DNA from: Candidatus Woesearchaeota archaeon
Lineage (GTDB): Archaea > Nanobdellota > Nanobdellia > Woesearchaeales > JABGUJ01
Direction: 5' to 3'
Length of the DNA: 64,000 bases
Assembly (NCBI GenBank): GCA_018646625.1
Contig: JABGUJ010000003.1
Coordinates: 228,509 to 292,508 of the forward strand
In this document: positions 37,099 through 46,115 of the stretch, piece by piece
Position numbering within the stretch: the first letter of the stretch is position 1
How the letters are laid out: every line of letters starts with the position of its first letter
The notes under the pieces: model-generated
Database searches by the model: none
The model's input: only the letters and a program-made list of their open reading frames with translations
What the model was told of the DNA's origin: nothing
Made by a program: the position numbers and the translations under genes

Positions 37099-38061
37099 CT
37101 AGAATACAATAAATTGAAAATAGTTAAACAAATAGCCCACAACAATGATTCCTATAGTCACAAAGACAAAGAACAACAGAATCAAAGGTAATTTCATTGC
37201 ACGTCTAAGAATAACAGCCTCAGGAAGACTTAAAGCAGATGTTGCCATCATAAAAGCCAAAGCAGTCCCCAAAGGAATACCTTTATTGAACAAAGCAATA
37301 GCAATAGGAACAATCGCAGCACAACTACCATACATCGGCACACCGACAAGCGTCGCTAAAGGAACAGCAAAAATCCCTGTACCGTCCACAACGCCCTGAA
37401 TCCATTCTTGAGGAACATAATTATGAATCATAGCCCCTAATCCAACTCCAACAAGCACCCAAAGCCACAACTTCTTTACAATATCACACGCTTCATCAAG
37501 TCCAAACCTAATTCTAGACTTAAAACTAGTATACTTTACATCTTTAAACGCTTTCGAACTCCGAGAAGCGATATCTCTCACAAGAAACTTGTCCAACTTG
37601 AAATATCCAGCCAAAGAACCCAGAACAGCACCTAACAATATTCCAAATACAACATAAAGCGCTGTTATCTTCCAACCAAAAAATCCTAACATCAACACAA
37701 CTAAATATTCATTAACTAAAGGAGAAGTTATCAAAAAAGAAAAAGAAACACCTAAAGGAACTCCCGCCTTGATAAAACCAATAAACAAAGGTATGGAAGA
37801 ACAAGAACAAAAAGGAGTAATAGCACCAAACAATGATGCAAAAAAGTTAGATAAAACTCCTGCCTTATTAGACAACCAATTCCGTAATTTTTTAGAAGAA
37901 ATATAAGTTCTAAAGTAACCTACAACAGCAATCATAACATACAATAACAATAATATTTTAATTGAATCATAAACAAAGAAGCGCAAAGATTCAACTAAAT
38001 GCGAAGTAGCATCTAACTGCAATATAGAAAAGAACAACCAGTTTATCGTTGCTTCGAGCAT
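37099..38061 (-). CDS. ArsP/DUF318-family permease
   Basis: GAITPFCSCSSIPLF, SFLITSPLVN, GVPMY, GTALAFMM, LSLPE. Confidence 0.88.
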   Translation of the reverse strand: MLEATINWLFFSILQLDATSHLVESLRFFVYDSIKILLLLYVMIAVVGYFRTYISSKKLRNWLSNKAGVLSNFFASLFGAITPFCSCSSIPLFIGFIKAGVPLGVSFSFLITSPLVNEYLVVLMLGFFGWKITALYVVFGILLGAVLGSLAGYFKLDKFLVRDIASRSSKAFKDVKYTSFKSRIRFGLDEACDIVKKLWLWVLVGVGLGAMIHNYVPQEWIQGVVDGTGIFAVPLATLVGVPMYGSCAAIVPIAIALFNKGIPLGTALAFMMATSALSLPEAVILRRAMKLPLILLFFVFVTIGIIVVGYLFNYFQFIVF

Positions 38062-38162
38062 GAGCTCTCCTCACAACAACACTTTTTTTTCTTAGATTTT
38101 TCTTCTAAATTCTCATCAAAACGAGCCATCAATCTTGAAAAAAAACCTTTCTTTTTAGCCAT
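38043..38162 (-). CDS. Small Cys-rich protein upstream of the ArsP-like permease (possible metal/metalloid binder)
   Basis: MAKKKGFFSRLMARFDENLEEKSKKKKCCCEESSCSKQR; SD GAAGGTG; overlaps the permease start. Confidence 0.6.
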   Translation of the reverse strand: MAKKKGFFSRLMARFDENLEEKSKKKKCCCEESSCSKQR

Positions 38163-38172
38163 ACAAACACCT

Positions 38173-38739
38173 TCATTTCTTCTTTTTCTTACAAGTAGCA
38201 GAATCTTTACACTTAAGATATCCAACAAGTATCAATAAAAATAGCTCAACAGATAACACCAAAAACCGAATAACCTTAGACAAATCACCAAAAGCCATCG
38301 CAGTACCAACCGCAATTACCGCTATTCCTCCAAGTATCAAGCCAGAAGCAATCGCTTCAATAGTTAAAGGCAAAAACAAACCTACCAACAAAGCAGCCAC
38401 ACCAAATGGAGCAGATATATAGAATCGTTTAACATTAAACTTCTCACGAGCATCAGAATAATCTCTACTACAATAATCACAACTAGCAGAAACAGGACAA
38501 CCTTGCGCATCATATTCATATCTAACCGTACCTTCGTCAGAATAACACCCATCTACCTCAGGAAAATCGTGCGAACAATTAGCCGTTGGCAATTTAACAG
38601 GCCTATCAATAAACTCACTCTTATCACAAAAATCTCTGTGTTCAGGAGAAGTCAAAAACAGGTCTACAAATGAGAATACAAAGAAAGCAAACACTACAGC
38701 AATACCAATGCTCAATGCCACCTTCTTTAAAGTAATCAT
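38173..38739 (-). CDS. Membrane protein with Cys-rich extracellular loop
   Basis: TM1, loop with several Cys (C...EGT...Y....CP...CDYC), three C-terminal TMs; TATA box about 23 nt upstream. Confidence 0.7.
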   Translation of the reverse strand: MITLKKVALSIGIAVVFAFFVFSFVDLFLTSPEHRDFCDKSEFIDRPVKLPTANCSHDFPEVDGCYSDEGTVRYEYDAQGCPVSASCDYCSRDYSDAREKFNVKRFYISAPFGVAALLVGLFLPLTIEAIASGLILGGIAVIAVGTAMAFGDLSKVIRFLVLSVELFLLILVGYLKCKDSATCKKKKK

Positions 38740-38828
38740 AAACAAAAAAACCACAAAGAACTATTTAAAACTATAGATTTAGTATTAAGATAACGCCGAT
38801 AATAGATTACCGACGCATCAAAAAATAA

Positions 38829-40754
38829 TTAACGTCTCTCCATAATTTCTGCACAGACTTCAGAAATAAACTTATCAACCTTCTTCTCGCCATGAACTTC
38901 ATTATCACGAGTTCGAACATTAACAGTTCCATTCTCAGACTCAGAGTCTCCCACAACTAAAATATAATTAACATATTCAAGTTGCGCTTCACGAACCTTT
39001 TTCTTAATTGATTCAGAACGTGAATCTAACTCCACCCTGATACCTTGCTCAAACATTTGTTTCTTAATCTTCTCACAATACTCAGCATGTCTGTCAGCAA
39101 TAGGCAAGATCTTAACCTGCACAGGAGATAACCAAAGCGGGAACTTACCAGCATATTGCTCAATAAGTAAAGCCATAGTTCTCTCAAGACAACCAATGGA
39201 AGCTCTATGAATCACCATAGGTCTATGCTTCTTGCCATCTTCACCTTCGTAAGTCATGTCAAACCTTTCAGGCAACGCAAAATCAATTTGCACAGTAAAC
39301 AAAGTATCTTCCTTACCATACACATTTTTCATTTGCACGTCTAACTTAGGACCATAGAATGCCGCCTCATTATCCGCTTCAACGTATTCAATATCCAACT
39401 CATCAACGATCTTTTTCATGATCTTTTGAGAGTTAGCCCACGCTTCAGGATTATCAATATACTTTCCAGAACCATCAGTTGAACATTTAGAAAATCTATA
39501 CCAATAGCCAGTTAGTCCTAACACAGACATAAGATATTGTATCAACTCAACAACCCTTTTGAACTCATTTTCTAATTGATCAGGTCTACAAATAATATGC
39601 GCATCAGCCAAAGTAAATTGACGAACTCTAATAAGACCATGAAGTTCTCCCGACTGTTCGTTTCTAAACAAATCAGCAACTTCCGCATATCTCAGAGGAA
39701 GATCTCTATAACTCCTCATCTTAGATTTGTAAATCATAAACTGATGCGGACAAGTCATAGGTCTAAGACAAAACTCTTCTCCTCCCGATTCAAAAACAAA
39801 CATACTATCTTTGTAATGATCATAATGACCAGACATTTTGTACAAGTCACTCTTAGCCATCACAGGAGTTTCAGTAGGTATGTATCCACGTTTGTACTCT
39901 TCATCTTCAATAAACCTACGAAGAATTCTCTTAATAGTTGCACCTTTAGGACATAAAAGAGGCAAACCTTTTCCAATAACTTCACTAGTCGTAAAAAGAT
40001 CCAACTTCCTACCTAATTTATTGTGATCTCGCTTCTCAGCTTCTTCACGAAGACGAACATATTCCTTCAATTCCTTCTTATCAGGAAATGCCACACCATA
40101 AATTCTCTGCAATTGTTTATTCTTAGAATCACCACGCCAATATGCGCCAGCAATTTTAGTTAGTTTAAACGCCTTAATCATTCCAGTATTAGGAACATGT
40201 GGTCCTTTGCAAAGATTGTCATACTCTCCTTGAGAATACATGCTCACCACATCTTCAGGAATGGCATTAGCCAACTCTATTTTGTATGGATCGTTTTTGT
40301 AAAACTCAAGAGCTTCCGCTTTAGGAATATCTTTTTGAGTAATCTTAAGTTTTTCCTTAACAATCTTCTTCATTTCTTCTTCAATCTTCACAAGATCATC
40401 AGGACGCAAAGGTTCTTCAAGATCATAATCTTGATAAAAACCATCCGTCACTGCAACACCAACACCTAAGCCAATGTTTTGCCCCTTAAACAATCTCAAA
40501 ATAGCTTGAGTCATCAAATGAGAAGCACTGTGCCAGAAAATATCTTTTCCCTCTTCATCTTTAAATGTTAGAATTTTTAATTCACAATCAGTATTTAACG
40601 TAGTAGAAATATCTACCGCCTTACCATTAACCATTGCAGCAACCGAATTTCTTGCAAGACCTTCCGATATACTCATAGCTACATCGAAAGCCGAAACACC
40701 TTTATCAAACTCCGAAACTGAACCGTCCGGAAAAGTTATTTTCACTTTAGTCAT
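38829..40754 (-). CDS. thrS: Threonyl-tRNA synthetase, bacterial-type (TGS and editing domains)
   Basis: ITFPDGS TGS, WHSASH, LCKGPH, AYWRGD, RDHNKLG, PMTCP, GLIRVRQF, AFYGPKLD; SD GGTGA favours ATG 40754 (40760 possible). Confidence 0.97.
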   Translation of the reverse strand: MTKVKITFPDGSVSEFDKGVSAFDVAMSISEGLARNSVAAMVNGKAVDISTTLNTDCELKILTFKDEEGKDIFWHSASHLMTQAILRLFKGQNIGLGVGVAVTDGFYQDYDLEEPLRPDDLVKIEEEMKKIVKEKLKITQKDIPKAEALEFYKNDPYKIELANAIPEDVVSMYSQGEYDNLCKGPHVPNTGMIKAFKLTKIAGAYWRGDSKNKQLQRIYGVAFPDKKELKEYVRLREEAEKRDHNKLGRKLDLFTTSEVIGKGLPLLCPKGATIKRILRRFIEDEEYKRGYIPTETPVMAKSDLYKMSGHYDHYKDSMFVFESGGEEFCLRPMTCPHQFMIYKSKMRSYRDLPLRYAEVADLFRNEQSGELHGLIRVRQFTLADAHIICRPDQLENEFKRVVELIQYLMSVLGLTGYWYRFSKCSTDGSGKYIDNPEAWANSQKIMKKIVDELDIEYVEADNEAAFYGPKLDVQMKNVYGKEDTLFTVQIDFALPERFDMTYEGEDGKKHRPMVIHRASIGCLERTMALLIEQYAGKFPLWLSPVQVKILPIADRHAEYCEKIKKQMFEQGIRVELDSRSESIKKKVREAQLEYVNYILVVGDSESENGTVNVRTRDNEVHGEKKVDKFISEVCAEIMERR

Positions 40755-40790
40755 ATTCATTCACCTATATCTGCCGTCTAGAGGCCCTGT

Positions 40791-40806
40791 ATTTTTATAT
40801 CTTTCT
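40791..40806 (-). promoter_or_regulatory. thrS-proximal BRE/TATA-like promoter
   Basis: AGAAAGATATAAAAAT on - strand, about 30-45 nt upstream of the thrS start. Confidence 0.5.
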
Positions 40807-40851
40807 AGTTAGAAACAATTAGAACATATAGAAAATGAGGGGCCTATGGGC

Positions 40852-40926
40852 CTAACATGTGGTTGTAGTGGTAGAACTATACAAAGGAAGATCAAATATA
40901 ATCTCAAACAAATAGTCCAATACCAT
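40852..40926 (-). CDS. Putative Thr-rich leader peptide (uORF) of thrS, 24 aa: MVLDYLFEIIFDLPLYSSTTTTTC
   Basis: ATG at 40926, five tandem Thr codons ACC ACT ACA ACC ACA, TAG at 40852. TTTAAATA box at 40952-40959 has the same spacing to ATG as the TrmB gene at 13526. Confidence 0.6.
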   Translation of the reverse strand: MVLDYLFEIIFDLPLYSSTTTTTC

Positions 40927-40981
40927 CTTAGAATAGAATACGCATCTATAATATTTAAAGTTATTGAAAATAAAAAAAAGA

Positions 40982-41055
40982 GGCCACAAACGTTCGGCAG
41001 ATCCCTTGACAATAAAAGGGGTGGTTTAAGTATCCTACCGAACGGTTAGGTGGCC
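40982..41055. other. GC-rich long stem-loop element (possible ncRNA or 3' structure)
   Basis: GGCCAC/GTGGCC, CGTTCGGCAG/CTACCGAACG and CCCTT/AAGGG nested pairings; U-tract follows on - strand. Confidence 0.45.
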
Positions 41056-41090
41056 CACAGGATGAGTGTAAAAAAACAAAAAAAATTGTT

Positions 41091-43286
41091 TTACGCGAGA
41101 CCTACCCATTTAAGGAATCTGTAAAACAATCCACGACTTTCTACACACTGACCTTCCACACACAAATTAGTTTCACACTCAAAACCATTTTGGCATTTCA
41201 TATCGCTACCTAATTGTTTCTCAAAAAGTCCAGTCATTGGCGCGCAATACTTTGGATCTCTTCCATCAACAATTCTAGTACCGAAAGGTATGCATCTGTC
41301 ATCCATAAAACAACCATTGCATTCCTTGATCTGAGGAACAACTTCTTCAACTGTTTCTTCAACAAGCATTGGTTTTATTTCAGCAGCATCTACTGCGTCA
41401 ATTAAGCATTGCTCATATGCATCATTAGTTGGTTTTGCTGCACCGTACTCAACTTTCTTTAGACAAGGGTCCAGATCAATTAGGAAAGATTTCAAGTCAA
41501 CTTTACAACTTGCAAAACACTGGATAACATCCTCGTCCGCGTCGCTATAAACTTCTTCCCAACCATCAACAATCAAATCTTCCATCACACTTTCACTAAA
41601 ATCACAGTCTTTCAAATCAAGACACTGGATAGCTTCAGGAATTTCTTTTTCGTCAACAGTTATAGGTTGAACAACTCTTCTCTCTCTCTGCTCAACATAA
41701 TCTCTTTGATACCTTTTATCTTGATAAGGTGTACTCAAAGATGTTGCGCAAGCATAGTCTGCATTGTTTTGTAAGTACTCAAACTTATTTGCGTTTGTGT
41801 TGATTTGACAAAGTCTATCCCCATCAGTACCAAAGTTTTTGTAAGGAGGAGCTCCAAAAATCCAACTAGTTGCAGCTTGAGCATTGCCTTTATTCACAAA
41901 ACCAACAAAACCAACAACTTCTCCAGGTTTAACTTTAACAGTTGCAACACCAGATCTATCAGTTTGGATTGTCTCTCTCAACCAACCTTTGTAATTACTA
42001 GGTTGGAATCTATCAACAACATACACGTTAACATATGCACCTACTAAGTTCTTAGACAAAGAATAGTCTTGGTGTTCTGGATAGTTGTTAACACCAACTT
42101 CGAACGATACAAAGGATCCCGGAATAGGAACCTCAACAGGCACCACTACAGGAACAACAGGTGTTTCCACAGCTTGTTCTTCTTTAACACAAGCACCGTA
42201 AGAACATCCTTCAGGACATTTATACCATTGCTTATGCACGTAAGGGTTATCTGTTGGACCACTACAATGTGTTTCAATTACATAAGATCCAGAATCTTTT
42301 CCAGTATCTCCAACATAATCACCACAACTATCTCTGTAATGACCATATACTCTCATTCCTTCACTCTCACCATTAGTGTAGCCAGAAGTAAAGTACTGAA
42401 TTCCACCATCGCTGTCTTTACAAACAGGAACTACATCTTCAACTTCAACATCTTCTTCAACAACTTGACTTGAAGTTTTACATGCACCATCTTCACATCC
42501 ATTTGGACAATAATAATCAGGCATTACATCCCAACCCGCATATCCAACAGAACATCTAAATTCAGCAACATGCGTTGCATCTCTACAGAAATCTTCAGCA
42601 ATTAAACCATTACCTAACTTAACTCTTCCAGCATGATAATAGCTCACACCACCATCAGTTTCTGTACAGTCATTAACAAACTCGTCATCTTCGTTTTCAC
42701 AGTAACACTGATCTAGATTCTTTTCACAATAAGCAGAACCCATTGCGTTACCTTCAAAAGAATTAGGACCACAAGCTCCCTTATCATAATCATAGTAGTT
42801 CTTACATGCGTAATCACAACTTGGATAATCACAAGTTCCTTGTATGCACTCTTTATGTGCTCCAAACTTATTACAGTCAGAATCTACATCGCAGCTGTAA
42901 TCTGTTTCAACAACTTCTTGCTTACATGCACCATCAGCACATTGATATCCTTCAGGACATTTTGCTTTTTTATGCTCATAAGCAAACTCAGCATCATCTT
43001 CCAAACAGACTAGCTCTTCAACATAGCCACCAGTTGAAAGTTTATTACCACTCTCACTCACGCAGTACTCAAAAACTGTTTGAGAACCAAAGTTAGGAGT
43101 GTATACATCTAATTTCCCCTTTTCAAATATATCATACCCACCATCAGAATCCTGACAGGTAGGCATTACATCAGTAGCAAAGACGGATATACTAAGCACC
43201 ATCAATACCACAAAAGCCAACATAATTTTTGACATTTTTTGTTTCATTCTTCTTAACCTCGCAAAATCAATATGATTTGTGTTCAT
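41091..43286 (-). CDS. Secreted Cys-rich repeat surface protein
   Basis: Signal peptide (true start probably later, MKQKMSK or MSKIML); three C-x-[DE]-[ST]-DGG...G modules ending in C..GAC; Cys-rich C-terminal domain. Confidence 0.8.
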   Translation of the reverse strand: MNTNHIDFARLRRMKQKMSKIMLAFVVLMVLSISVFATDVMPTCQDSDGGYDIFEKGKLDVYTPNFGSQTVFEYCVSESGNKLSTGGYVEELVCLEDDAEFAYEHKKAKCPEGYQCADGACKQEVVETDYSCDVDSDCNKFGAHKECIQGTCDYPSCDYACKNYYDYDKGACGPNSFEGNAMGSAYCEKNLDQCYCENEDDEFVNDCTETDGGVSYYHAGRVKLGNGLIAEDFCRDATHVAEFRCSVGYAGWDVMPDYYCPNGCEDGACKTSSQVVEEDVEVEDVVPVCKDSDGGIQYFTSGYTNGESEGMRVYGHYRDSCGDYVGDTGKDSGSYVIETHCSGPTDNPYVHKQWYKCPEGCSYGACVKEEQAVETPVVPVVVPVEVPIPGSFVSFEVGVNNYPEHQDYSLSKNLVGAYVNVYVVDRFQPSNYKGWLRETIQTDRSGVATVKVKPGEVVGFVGFVNKGNAQAATSWIFGAPPYKNFGTDGDRLCQINTNANKFEYLQNNADYACATSLSTPYQDKRYQRDYVEQRERRVVQPITVDEKEIPEAIQCLDLKDCDFSESVMEDLIVDGWEEVYSDADEDVIQCFASCKVDLKSFLIDLDPCLKKVEYGAAKPTNDAYEQCLIDAVDAAEIKPMLVEETVEEVVPQIKECNGCFMDDRCIPFGTRIVDGRDPKYCAPMTGLFEKQLGSDMKCQNGFECETNLCVEGQCVESRGLFYRFLKWVGLA

Positions 43287-43393
43287 TACAGTACATAATG
43301 TCCGGTCAGATATATTAAAAGTCGGTGGGAAAACAATCCAGAAATCGTTTCAATAACCTCTAATCACAGAAAAAACAAATACAATCTACCCAA

Positions 43394-44359
43394 CTAGTCT
43401 TTACCCAAGAACCAAGCTGTTAAAGCAACATCCCTTTGCTTACCGCGTGCCTTTATCTGTACAACGTTTCTTCGCTCTAAAGATTTCAAACATCTTGACA
43501 AACTAGTTCTAGGTATTCCAGTATTGTGTCTCAAAGACGCTTGAGTACTCTTATTTTCATTACACATCAAGAAATTAACTATCTCTTTTTCATTAGTGCC
43601 AAGAGTAGGTAATATATCATCACAGCGCCCTTTCTTCACTTTTTTAGGCTTCTTAACCTTTTCAACAGAATTTTTAGAAGATAAAAAATAATACATTACA
43701 CCTGCCGCAACAAGTAAAGCAATCAAAGCCACACCAAGCACATAACCTAAAGAGAACGTCTTGTCTTTACCCTTAACCTTCATTTCAAGCGCTATATTCA
43801 CACTTTCAAGATTCCCTTGCGTCACAGTAATCTCAGAATAACCCAAATAACCTTCACTAGAAGCATACACAACATATCCACCAACTGGTAGAATATCAAC
43901 TCTAAACGAACCAAAACTATCAGATTTGGTAGGAAGATCAAATTCTCCGCACACAGCACACTCAAACTTCAACTCAGCATCTGGCACAACATTATCTAAA
44001 TCATCTTTAACAAACCCAGACACAGATCCTACCTTTTCTAGATATAAAGCAGCAGGACTCACTGAATCTTCTGTAACAACAACACTATCTTCACCATAAT
44101 ACATCGCCCTACCATTATCCATGACCCTCAAAGAAACAAACCATTCACCTTCTGTAAAAGGATAGTCGAAAACCCCATTCTCTAAGAATGTAGTAAAACT
44201 CTTTTGTTCTCCAGATTGAGAATTAATAAGCGTAAAAGAAACCTGCACCCCACCTAAATGAACATTATCAGAAGCATCCTTTAATACAATAGAATGCGAC
44301 AACACAGAAAGAGGTAAAACCAGTGCGAAAAACAATAAGAAAAACAGATTGCGCCTCAT
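43394..44359 (-). CDS. Membrane-tethered wHTH protein with extracellular carboxypeptidase-regulatory-like beta domains (COG2512-like)
   Basis: Signal peptide, GSVSGFVKD...VPDA...SDSFGSF...LPVGGY domain, TM, then NEKEIVNFL...TQASLR..TGIPRTSLSRCLKSLERR. Confidence 0.78.
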   Translation of the reverse strand: MRRNLFFLLFFALVLPLSVLSHSIVLKDASDNVHLGGVQVSFTLINSQSGEQKSFTTFLENGVFDYPFTEGEWFVSLRVMDNGRAMYYGEDSVVVTEDSVSPAALYLEKVGSVSGFVKDDLDNVVPDAELKFECAVCGEFDLPTKSDSFGSFRVDILPVGGYVVYASSEGYLGYSEITVTQGNLESVNIALEMKVKGKDKTFSLGYVLGVALIALLVAAGVMYYFLSSKNSVEKVKKPKKVKKGRCDDILPTLGTNEKEIVNFLMCNENKSTQASLRHNTGIPRTSLSRCLKSLERRNVVQIKARGKQRDVALTAWFLGKD

Positions 44360-44457
44360 ATCATAAATTACCTTTGAGAGATATATAAACGTTTTCTTAG
44401 ATTCAATGCATAAACACATCAAAATCTTTAAATACTAACTAAACAGAAAAACTCAAC

Positions 44458-45306
44458 ATGGCAAAAGGGGTGAAGAGTAAAAAGAACACTAAACGTATTT
44501 CTCCACTTAGAAAGACAATCCAAGCCATAAAAAGACATAAACTAATATTTCTAATGATCATCATAACTCAAATATTATTCTCATCACTATTACTATATTC
44601 ACACTACAAAATCCAAATACCAATCTTAACTGATGGAAAGGATATAATTGTAGGCGTACAAGAAAACATGCAAACCCAATCCAATCCCGCAGGCGACTAT
44701 AACGTTATGCGAGATTCCATCACATCAATAGTAGGCATTCAAAGTTTAGTTGATAGATTAATTAAAAACTTAATTTATTTATGCGGAATAAGCTTCGCAC
44801 TATGGATAATACTAAACGGATTAAACTGGTTCTTCACAATAAACATGCACAAGAAAAAGAAGTTGCATAATTTTTGTTTAAGATTTACTTTAACATCAAT
44901 AATATATCTAGTACCAATGACTCTAGCTCTCTGGTGGTTCATGAGTTCGTCGGTAAAAACATACCTTTTTGGAACTGCAAGAACCGCACCAGCAATAGGA
45001 AGCGCAGTAATCATCTTGATATTCGCATACTTCTTTTACATCACACTTAGTTTACTTCACAAAGATTCATTCAAAGAAATCATTAAACTAACATTCAAGA
45101 TTGGAATTAAAAAGATAGGAAGAGTACTGGCAACATACATCCCAATAATAATACTATACATAGCATTATTTCTTACAATGTATCATTCTTTAGAAGCCAA
45201 CATATACTTAATATATCTAGAAATCATTGCATTCTTATTCCTAATAATCCTATCACGAAGCTACATCTATTTCTCAATAAATAATATAGAAAAAGAAATA
45301 AAATAA
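44458..45306 (+). CDS. Multi-pass membrane protein, hypothetical
   Basis: About six hydrophobic segments; TTTAAATA box upstream. Confidence 0.65.
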   Translation: MAKGVKSKKNTKRISPLRKTIQAIKRHKLIFLMIIITQILFSSLLLYSHYKIQIPILTDGKDIIVGVQENMQTQSNPAGDYNVMRDSITSIVGIQSLVDRLIKNLIYLCGISFALWIILNGLNWFFTINMHKKKKLHNFCLRFTLTSIIYLVPMTLALWWFMSSSVKTYLFGTARTAPAIGSAVIILIFAYFFYITLSLLHKDSFKEIIKLTFKIGIKKIGRVLATYIPIIILYIALFLTMYHSLEANIYLIYLEIIAFLFLIILSRSYIYFSINNIEKEIK

Positions 45307-45318
45307 AAAAGATACAAT

Positions 45319-45858
45319 CTATTTTAGATAAGACTGTTCTTTAGCAAGATTATGAGCCTTAGCATAATGACCCTTAAGATCTTTTAAAACGTCTCCAGGT
45401 TTTGAACCAAGCTTAGCCGCCAAACCACCAGAAATCTTAGAACCATGAGGTTCAACATGCATATGATAATGACCCGTTCTTAAATTGTCAAGTTCATTAG
45501 CTGAGTGAGATCTTTGAATTTGATCAAGAGCTTGATAATCACCACTTCTGACTTTATTAAGAAACTCGCCCGGAGTCATCTCCAGTCTTTCCGCCATAGA
45601 CCTGACTTCAGCAAAAGCAATTTCAACATCGGCTTCATTTACTTTACCTTTACCGACACCACCAGCTCTCGCATCGGCCCTATACTGAGCAATTACCGTT
45701 CCAATATATTTTCTAACCTCAGCGTCACTTGAATCAGCTTTGGGCATATTTTTGGCTTTAGCCTGAATATAAGCTTTAGCATGAATTTCTTCTGCTTTTT
45801 TTACTTTATCGACTCCTGCGCCGATTAATTTATCAAGATTTATTTCATCATCTGCCAT
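45319..45858 (-). CDS. Hypothetical protein
   Basis: 179-aa ORF with SD GAAGGTGA. Confidence 0.65.
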   Translation of the reverse strand: MADDEINLDKLIGAGVDKVKKAEEIHAKAYIQAKAKNMPKADSSDAEVRKYIGTVIAQYRADARAGGVGKGKVNEADVEIAFAEVRSMAERLEMTPGEFLNKVRSGDYQALDQIQRSHSANELDNLRTGHYHMHVEPHGSKISGGLAAKLGSKPGDVLKDLKGHYAKAHNLAKEQSYLK

Positions 45859-46115
45859 ATTACTCTCACCTTCCTCCTTTTAGATTAAACAATAAGCATT
45901 AGCTTGTTATCAAATACCATACTAATATACCCATATAAAGCTTTCGCTTAGAGAAGACACCCAAAGTACTATTATTCTACACAACAAACAATGACATTTT
46001 TGTGACATTAATATAGACTCCAGCTCAACACTCTTTAAAAAGCATTTTACCATAGTAACTAACAAGTAACGATAATGTCCCAATTATATAACTAGTAACA
46101 TGAGGTACTAATAAA

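Noticed and set aside
40809-41049. Two 67-aa ORFs (40809..41012 - and 40846..41049 +)
   Set aside because: No convincing SD or promoter context and no protein-like features; the 24-aa Thr uORF in another frame fits the TATA spacing better.
40761-41090. T-box riboswitch upstream of thrS
   Set aside because: No TGGNACC-type T-box consensus or specifier stem on the - strand; T-boxes are bacterial.
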